Shown one piece after another: positions 58,195 to 64,000 of a stretch of DNA of 64,000 nt. The stretch covers positions 1 through 64,000 of IMG/VR virus record IMGVR_UViG_3300028920_000001, one strand, 5' to 3'. The stretch's first letter is position 1; each line of letters starts with the position of its first letter. The notes beneath the pieces were generated by a model. It had not been told where the DNA came from. It did no database searches and saw only the letters and a list, made by a program, of their open reading frames with translations. A program made the position numbers and the translations under genes.

Positions 58195-58959
58195 TCACTT
58201 TAACAGGTCTTCGTAAGATATGCCTTCAGTAGATTCGGAGGTCTTTGTTTCAGGATTGGGACTATCATTAGGAGATTGGGACTCTTGATTAAAAAAATCT
58301 GCTATAGCATTAGCATGGGAGCCACTTAATGGCTCTGGTAAATCATCCGGTCTTTTATTTGGATCTAATATTTCTTTAGGGTCAATCCTATTTCTATTAA
58401 CTGCTGGAGGCATTCCGTGACTAAGTCGGCCCTGTTCGTCAGCTGAGCCTGAAGAATATCCGCCATCACCTCCAAATTGGCTACTTCGGTCATCTTTTAC
58501 TAATTGACGTTGAAAACGAATATCTCCATTAGTTTTCTGAAGGTCATCATACTTGAGTTTGACTATTTTAGCGGTTTCTTGAATATCTAAGAGTTCAACC
58601 TTGAGTTTAACGATAGTTTCAGCCTCATTTTTTAACATAGAGGCTGCGACCGCTTTTTTAATACCCTCTGATGGTTGCTGACGAACTATAGTATCATCAG
58701 CTAATTTTTCTTGCATTTTGAGATCTAAGTCAAGTTCGGATTGTTTGACTTCAATTCTTAAATCTCGTTCTCGTTTCTTAATTTTTTGAAGATAATACTG
58801 AACTCGATTGAGATAACTTCGACACTGAGCTATAGATTTCTGGAGATAAATAAATCCGTATTGAGGTTGAGTCGGATCTTCTACTAATTCAATTTCATAT
58901 CCAGCAATTTCATTTAATATCTGGTCTAATTGTTCTTTAGAAAACACCTCTTCGGTCAT
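58195..58959 (-). CDS. Coiled-coil protein with an acidic tail (possible recombination mediator)
   Basis: Long heptad region; ends SYEDLLK, similar to the SSB tail. Confidence 0.5.
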   Translation of the reverse strand: MTEEVFSKEQLDQILNEIAGYEIELVEDPTQPQYGFIYLQKSIAQCRSYLNRVQYYLQKIKKRERDLRIEVKQSELDLDLKMQEKLADDTIVRQQPSEGIKKAVAASMLKNEAETIVKLKVELLDIQETAKIVKLKYDDLQKTNGDIRFQRQLVKDDRSSQFGGDGGYSSGSADEQGRLSHGMPPAVNRNRIDPKEILDPNKRPDDLPEPLSGSHANAIADFFNQESQSPNDSPNPETKTSESTEGISYEDLLK

Positions 58960-58965
58960 GCTGAA

Positions 58966-59307
58966 TTATACATCTGATTTAAGCTGCTTTTCTCTGTGTT
59001 CGATGACACTTTTATGATTTGTGCTGCTGGCTTTAATTCGATCATTGGCTTCATCAACTGAAATAGCTCCTCGAGCGATAGCAGTATCAATAGCTGCCTT
59101 AGTTACAATTTCGCTAGCTTTTAAAGTGAGCAAATGAGCTTCTTCAAGAGATGTAGAGGTTGAACTGCCACTTGCATATACAAATTCAACGTTCATAGAA
59201 ACGAAATGATGAGCTTTCAGTCCAGCTTTATGGGTATCAAATCCGTGTGATATGGTAGCAGATCTCACCACCACTTTTACGTCTTCTTCTTCTTTTGTTT
59301 CACTCAT
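58966..59307 (-). CDS. Hypothetical protein
   Basis: TGTAAACT 5 nt upstream of the ATG. Confidence 0.6.
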   Translation of the reverse strand: MSETKEEEDVKVVVRSATISHGFDTHKAGLKAHHFVSMNVEFVYASGSSTSTSLEEAHLLTLKASEIVTKAAIDTAIARGAISVDEANDRIKASSTNHKSVIEHREKQLKSDV

Positions 59308-59414
59308 GATTAAGTTTACATTTTTCGAATTTGTTTTCTTTTGAAATAATTATAACATAATCTTCAGATTTCCCTACTGACCATCCGGCGAGCAGGCGTA
59401 TCGATGGTAGAGCT

Positions 59415-59813
59415 TCAACTGTTCATCACTTTATGGACTGTATAATTCTTTTTAAGATTAGTAATCGTATTATGTTCATGAACGATCCAAACGATACCTA
59501 ACCAGCCCCAACACATTAAACAAAGATAAAAGGGTTTGCCTATATAATTATTTATATAAGATTCCATAATTGATGAATCTAATCTGATATAGATACTAAC
59601 ATAAATTAAGATAGCTACACCGAAATAAATTGAGCTAATAATACTCCAAGTCCAAATATTAGTGAAAAACACGGTTGTAAAAGATACGGTAAATGGAATT
59701 GCCATCCATGCGGTATAACAACTAAATTCAGCTTTGGCTACTTTAATTTCATACTGAGATTTAATTTTCTCAATATCTGTTTGATTTGGTTTAACCAGAC
59801 CTGAACTACTCAT
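59415..59813 (-). CDS. Three-TM membrane protein with VMNS tail
   Basis: Hydrophobic helices; ends TVHKVMNS*; architecture similar to 60022-60561. Confidence 0.65.
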   Translation of the reverse strand: MSSSGLVKPNQTDIEKIKSQYEIKVAKAEFSCYTAWMAIPFTVSFTTVFFTNIWTWSIISSIYFGVAILIYVSIYIRLDSSIMESYINNYIGKPFYLCLMCWGWLGIVWIVHEHNTITNLKKNYTVHKVMNS

Positions 59814-59814
59814 G

Positions 59815-60021
59815 TCAGTCTTCCATAATCATAGTAACAAATGCTTCTTTTAAATAAATTTTATATAATTTGGGTGAATCTGCTTCTCGACACCAAGGGC
59901 AAATTTCATCCAACGGAATAAGATCACCATCCAAAGCACACGGTTTACCACAACGTTGACATCCAATTACTCCACTAGCAATGGAAATTGGTCTGGCATG
60001 TTGAGGATCATAATGTAACAT
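59815..60021 (-). CDS. Small Zn-ribbon protein with IMED tail
   Basis: CQRC...CPWC; ends FVTMIMED*. Confidence 0.65.
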   Translation of the reverse strand: MLHYDPQHARPISIASGVIGCQRCGKPCALDGDLIPLDEICPWCREADSPKLYKIYLKEAFVTMIMED

Positions 60022-60561
60022 TCAAGATTCCATGATTTCAGCTACAAATGACTCTTTTTTCAGTCTAGAAATTCTATGGTGCAATATTATGAGCCAAGGA
60101 AATGATACTAACCAAGCAACACAGGCTAACATGATGAACGTGTATTCTGGGAGTTTTTTAATGATTGCAATTTTAGATCGGAAAGATTGATTTATTCTAG
60201 TAATTCGAAAGATAAATGAAAAACTCCACGCTATTCCTATTACACAAATAATTGGCGTTATCCAAAGACTGGGGTTTGTTTTTACCATAAAGAAATGATT
60301 GATGATTGGAGTTGCCATTGATCCTACGGTAGCTGCGACAGGAGTCATCCACATTCGAGAAAATGATCTATAAATCCGTTGAAATTTTAAATCTTCCAAC
60401 ATCTGTGCTGGAAAAGAACGGTTAAGAATCTGAACCAAATTTTGCATTTGATTCGTAAATTCAGTACATGATACTCCCATACTTTTAAGTGCCTTATTAT
60501 ATTGCTTCGTTAAGAGTTTTTGATTTTTTAGATAGTCTTGAATGATTTTTTCTTGGTTCAT
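60022..60561 (-). CDS. Membrane protein with IMES tail
   Basis: About three TM helices; ends FVAEIMES*. Confidence 0.65.
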   Translation of the reverse strand: MNQEKIIQDYLKNQKLLTKQYNKALKSMGVSCTEFTNQMQNLVQILNRSFPAQMLEDLKFQRIYRSFSRMWMTPVAATVGSMATPIINHFFMVKTNPSLWITPIICVIGIAWSFSFIFRITRINQSFRSKIAIIKKLPEYTFIMLACVAWLVSFPWLIILHHRISRLKKESFVAEIMES

Positions 60562-61007
60562 ACTGAAGAAGTCCAGGTATTAGGAATTGGATGATGTTCA
60601 ATTTGAATGCCTGCTGCTTTTGCTGCTTCGAAAATTCGTTCATCTCGATAAAACTCACCATAAACAACTCGTTTGACTCCCGCATTACTTAACATTTTAA
60701 AGCATAACCAACAGGGAGAAGCCGTAACATATAAAGTTGAATTTCGAAGTCGGGTCCCATTTGCTGCCGCTTGAGCAATAGCATTAGCTTCAGCATGAAT
60801 GGTTCGAACACAATGACCATCTTCCATCATATGACCAACTTCATCACAATGTGGAAGTCCCTTGATGCTGCCATTATATCCTGTACTTAAAATGGATTTG
60901 TTTTCTCCGATAATTACACAACCTACTTGTTTTCGATCACAGGTCCCGCGTTCAGCCACCACAGTGGCAATCTTCATGAAATAGTCGTCCCAGCTAGCTC
61001 TTGACAT
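60558..61007 (-). CDS. dCMP deaminase (ComEB/DCTD family)
   Basis: WDDYFM, R.TC...VG, TGYNG, HAEANA and PC..C motifs. Confidence 0.95.
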   Translation of the reverse strand: MSRASWDDYFMKIATVVAERGTCDRKQVGCVIIGENKSILSTGYNGSIKGLPHCDEVGHMMEDGHCVRTIHAEANAIAQAAANGTRLRNSTLYVTASPCWLCFKMLSNAGVKRVVYGEFYRDERIFEAAKAAGIQIEHHPIPNTWTSSV

Positions 61008-61015
61008 AGATTAGA

Positions 61016-61201
61016 TTACATTTCCATGATGAAATTAACGATATATGTTTGCCAGTATTCAATGGCTTCTGGAATGGAAAAAGCAGGAGGGCCTTCATGA
61101 TAGCATTCTTCATTAAGACATCCGACGAGAAAGAAGTGCCTTCGATGCCAGACATCACATTTTTGCCCACAGATAGGACAAGGTCCTAAATTTGTTTTCA
61201 T
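61016..61201 (-). CDS. Small Lar-like Zn-ribbon protein with IMEM tail
   Basis: L.PCPICG...V.C...C...EAIEYW pattern as in restriction-alleviation Lar-like proteins; ends IVNFIMEM*. Confidence 0.55.
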   Translation of the reverse strand: MKTNLGPCPICGQKCDVWHRRHFFLVGCLNEECYHEGPPAFSIPEAIEYWQTYIVNFIMEM

Positions 61202-61725
61202 GACACCATAACGCTAGTTACTATTCGTTCTTTTCGATTAGCTCTTCTCACTTTTAGATTCCATAATTTTTTGGATTGAGGATGACATGTACATTTTGTG
61301 ACTACAAAGAAATTATCTTCACCAGGGCCGATGGCAATGATTTTACCAATTTCTACTGGCTTATTATGGATATGAATAAATAACTCTTTATGTTTTTTAA
61401 TGATACTAACTAAAATAATTGTCCAAATTGCAGTTAATCCAATTCTTAAATATAGACTGCCTGGCTCAGAAGGAAAAACATAAGGCACCCATTTAGCAAA
61501 ACTCGGTGGTGCCCATCTATAAGTAGCAAGATAAATATAAAGCAAAATCCAAAATCGTGACCACCAAATCTTACGACTCAGAGGTCGTTTTTTCTCCCAT
61601 TCTAATGTTTTATCAAGTGACCAAAATAATGGTTTGAAGATAATACCTAGTACTTTAAACAGAAGTTTCAGGAAACCCATATCTAAAAGACGTGTTAAGA
61701 TAGGGTCTCGTTTGCTAACATTCAT
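61198..61725 (-). CDS. Membrane protein with VMVS tail
   Basis: TM helices; ends IVTSVMVS*. Confidence 0.6.
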   Translation of the reverse strand: MNVSKRDPILTRLLDMGFLKLLFKVLGIIFKPLFWSLDKTLEWEKKRPLSRKIWWSRFWILLYIYLATYRWAPPSFAKWVPYVFPSEPGSLYLRIGLTAIWTIILVSIIKKHKELFIHIHNKPVEIGKIIAIGPGEDNFFVVTKCTCHPQSKKLWNLKVRRANRKERIVTSVMVS

Positions 61726-62765
61726 CGTTCATTTTGGCAAATTAGAAAGTCGCCGCCACAATGATCATAGCAACTTTGCCAAATTTCACTGGGCATTTCA
61801 TGCTTATCTTGACAGATTTTTCGACACTTCCATAATTTATCCTGGCAGGTAGGTTCCCAAGGAACTTGGTCCATATCCCAAGCTAATCCGACTTCCCAAA
61901 TTTCATTTACAGGGCGATATTGGCTAACAAATCGTTCTTTTCTTCCATCAGTATACCAAACTGCCAGAATCCCTTTTTCTCCGTCTTTTCCTCGTTGAAT
62001 GCGTGTTTTGTGGTCTGTTCGCCATTTATTGGTTTTGCGGAATTTCTTTTTATACGGCTCGGTACCATTGCTGATCCAACGAGTTTTCTTAATTGGTTTC
62101 TTGATTTGAACGTTTCGACTATACAAAACCACACGTAACTTACTTAAATCTTCAGTGACTTCATAAGTTTCGGCATGTAAATAAACTGAAGCTGGATATG
62201 GATTCTTAAAAACTAAATCAAGTTCAGGATAACTAACAGTTGCATCAAACCCTCGTTTGATATAAGTCGATGGTCTCGAATGAGAAGTTCGCTGCACAAT
62301 TTCCATTCCTGACATTAATGCTGCAGCATGGATTGTAGAACTTACCTGACAAGTTCCACCACCGTATTCTTCTTTAAATTCACCGAGATAAATTATGATA
62401 GAAGTCATATACCCGAATTCTTCTGTTCGGGGACCTACTGTTTTATTATAAGAAAATGAATCACCAGGATGAATTGGGATCCATTCTAAATTTGCTACAT
62501 TAGTCTTAATATTATGAGCTCGATTTTCATATCGGGAGGTTTTATATTTACCTACATGCTGGTAAATAGTTTCATATTCTCCCACCACATGATACTTATC
62601 ATATGATTCTGGTGATTTTATTTCAGGAAAAGTAATTTCCGGCCATTTCTGAAGAACTAATAGCTGTGGCTGTGGCTGTGGCTGTGGTTCAGTTTTACAA
62701 GCTGGGATTAGATAAGAGATCGTAATTCCGATAAAGACTGAGGTGAGAATTCTGATCAAATTCAT
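61722..62765 (-). CDS. VanW-domain exported protein or lipoprotein
   Basis: NR..NI, PG..FSYN..VGPRT...GY, GGG.CQVSST, R..HS...YI..G.DATV....DL.F.N motifs; N-terminal hydrophobic signal ending PAC. Confidence 0.85.
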   Translation of the reverse strand: MNLIRILTSVFIGITISYLIPACKTEPQPQPQPQLLVLQKWPEITFPEIKSPESYDKYHVVGEYETIYQHVGKYKTSRYENRAHNIKTNVANLEWIPIHPGDSFSYNKTVGPRTEEFGYMTSIIIYLGEFKEEYGGGTCQVSSTIHAAALMSGMEIVQRTSHSRPSTYIKRGFDATVSYPELDLVFKNPYPASVYLHAETYEVTEDLSKLRVVLYSRNVQIKKPIKKTRWISNGTEPYKKKFRKTNKWRTDHKTRIQRGKDGEKGILAVWYTDGRKERFVSQYRPVNEIWEVGLAWDMDQVPWEPTCQDKLWKCRKICQDKHEMPSEIWQSCYDHCGGDFLICQNER

Positions 62766-63169
62766 TAGCTCTCCATCACTTCAGCTATTCCAGCTAAAAG
62801 AACTAAATTGTCGATTTGGCTCTTATACTGAAAAATGTACACATAGGCGCTTCGGCTACCTTGTTGACCCGTCTCAACAGCAACAAACCAAAATCGGCTA
62901 CAAGTAAGATGCTTATCCTTAATGTCTGCAATTACACCTTCAAAGTTACCTTTTTTAAGCATATTTTTAACTGAGACAACACCATTCTTTTCCCAATCTG
63001 TTGAACCGGCAAAGAAATAGTAAATACAATTAAGTTCAAGAGTTTCTGTGGATAGTTTCCAACGATCTGGCTCCCAATACCGACAAAAATTCCAGGGCAC
63101 TTGATTATAAAATCGCTGCTGAGGGACTTTCTTTTTCCGTTTAGGAGCAGGATTCCAGGGCCAGTTCAT
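62765..63169 (-). CDS. Hypothetical protein with VMES tail
   Basis: Ends GIAEVMES*. Confidence 0.6.
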   Translation of the reverse strand: MNWPWNPAPKRKKKVPQQRFYNQVPWNFCRYWEPDRWKLSTETLELNCIYYFFAGSTDWEKNGVVSVKNMLKKGNFEGVIADIKDKHLTCSRFWFVAVETGQQGSRSAYVYIFQYKSQIDNLVLLAGIAEVMES

Positions 63170-63999
63170 TACTGTTCCCCAAATAGATGGGCGTTTCCAG
63201 TCTTAGTAATGATTCGTCCTTTCGGGGTTTTTTCCACCAGACCAAGCCGCATCAGGTTAGGCTCAATGACTTCCTCAATAGTATCTTTGGACTCACCGAG
63301 GAGAGAAACTAAAGTGGTGAATGCCACTGGCTGATTTTTCTCAGCCAGCACCCGTAGGTATCGCTGGGAGTTTACATCAAGTCCGATGCAATCGATTCCA
63401 AGTCGGTCACAAGTGTATTCAACCAGACGATCATCCACGATGTTAGTAACCTGTACCTGCGCAAAGTCTCGAACTCGACGCAGGATTCGGTTAGCCACCC
63501 GGGGAGTACCTCGGGCTCGACGGGCGAGCTCCTTTGCACCTCGGTCAGTACAGACCATTCCCAGCTTTTCGGCAGATTTAGTGACGATTTGGGTCAGTTC
63601 GTCTTCAGTGTAGAGCTGCATTTCGACTAGGACGCCGAATCGGTCCCGCAGTGGACGCTGCAGCATGCCAGCTCGAGTGGTAGCTCCGATGAGAGTGAAC
63701 GGCTCAAGCTTGATAGTCAGAGGCTGATTCCCTGCCACGACCTCCAATTTGAAATCTTCCATGGCCGGGTATAGGACTTCTTCGACCCGGTTGTTCAGGC
63801 TGTGGATTTCATCCAGGAAGAGGATATCTCCCTTCCGGAGGGAGGCCAAGACCGAAGCCAATTCACCCTTAGTCTTAATAGATGGGGCATTGACTACGAC
63901 CAGTTTGGCACCCATTTCGTTGGCGAGAATACCCGCGAGAGTGGTTTTGCCGAGGCCCGGGGGTCCAGCCAGCAGGATGTGGTCAAGTGCTTCCCTGCG
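63169..63999 (-). CDS. ruvB: Holliday junction branch-migration ATPase RuvB, 5'-truncated by the window edge
   Basis: The frame continues to the edge (EALDHILLAGPPGLGKTTLA); LFLDEIH, LYPAMED, FTLIGATTR and RGTPRVANR motifs. Confidence 0.97.
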   Translation of the reverse strand, partial: RREALDHILLAGPPGLGKTTLAGILANEMGAKLVVVNAPSIKTKGELASVLASLRKGDILFLDEIHSLNNRVEEVLYPAMEDFKLEVVAGNQPLTIKLEPFTLIGATTRAGMLQRPLRDRFGVLVEMQLYTEDELTQIVTKSAEKLGMVCTDRGAKELARRARGTPRVANRILRRVRDFAQVQVTNIVDDRLVEYTCDRLGIDCIGLDVNSQRYLRVLAEKNQPVAFTTLVSLLGESKDTIEEVIEPNLMRLGLVEKTPKGRIITKTGNAHLFGEQ

Positions 64000-64000
64000 G

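Noticed and set aside
59365-59412. ACCATC...GATGGT GC-rich hairpin as a tRNA or ncRNA
   Set aside because: The stem is short and there are no cloverleaf or T-loop motifs; support is insufficient.
1-64000. Stop-codon reassignment, as seen in some large phages
   Set aside because: Long genes are intact in code 11, and TAA, TGA and TAG all terminate genes at sensible positions.

Overview
This AT-rich, gene-dense 64 kb segment looks like part of a large (jumbo-like) tailed dsDNA phage and uses the standard genetic code. No rRNA, tRNA or CRISPR array was seen. The left part (1-27.4 kb) holds tail, baseplate and tailspike genes, including two paralogous pairs of very large structural proteins, a duplicated nucleotidyltransferase/glycosyltransferase cassette and a possible lysis pair. 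The right part (29.6-64 kb) holds replication, recombination and nucleotide-metabolism genes: SNF2 helicase, degenerate DnaC-like loader, DnaB, stand-alone primase Zn domain, PolA, DnaJ, sigma factor, MazG, HD hydrolase, half-SbcC, RecA, RuvC, SSB, dCMP deaminase and RuvB. Five free-standing homing-endonuclease-like genes are interspersed. A Gly/Cys-rich lipoprotein suggests a myxobacterial (Myxococcota) host. The most striking observation is that about 13 mostly unrelated proteins end in the same C-terminal motif, [VIL]-x-x-[VI]-M-x-x-stop (consensus VxxIMES*). It is encoded with different synonymous codons, which points to a protein-level tag (docking, degradation or targeting signal) that I do not recognise. 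Second, many genes appear leaderless, with a TAnnnT box 5-6 nt before the start codon, and four divergent gene pairs share 13-16 bp bidirectional promoters. All protein family calls come from motif recognition by eye, not database searches.
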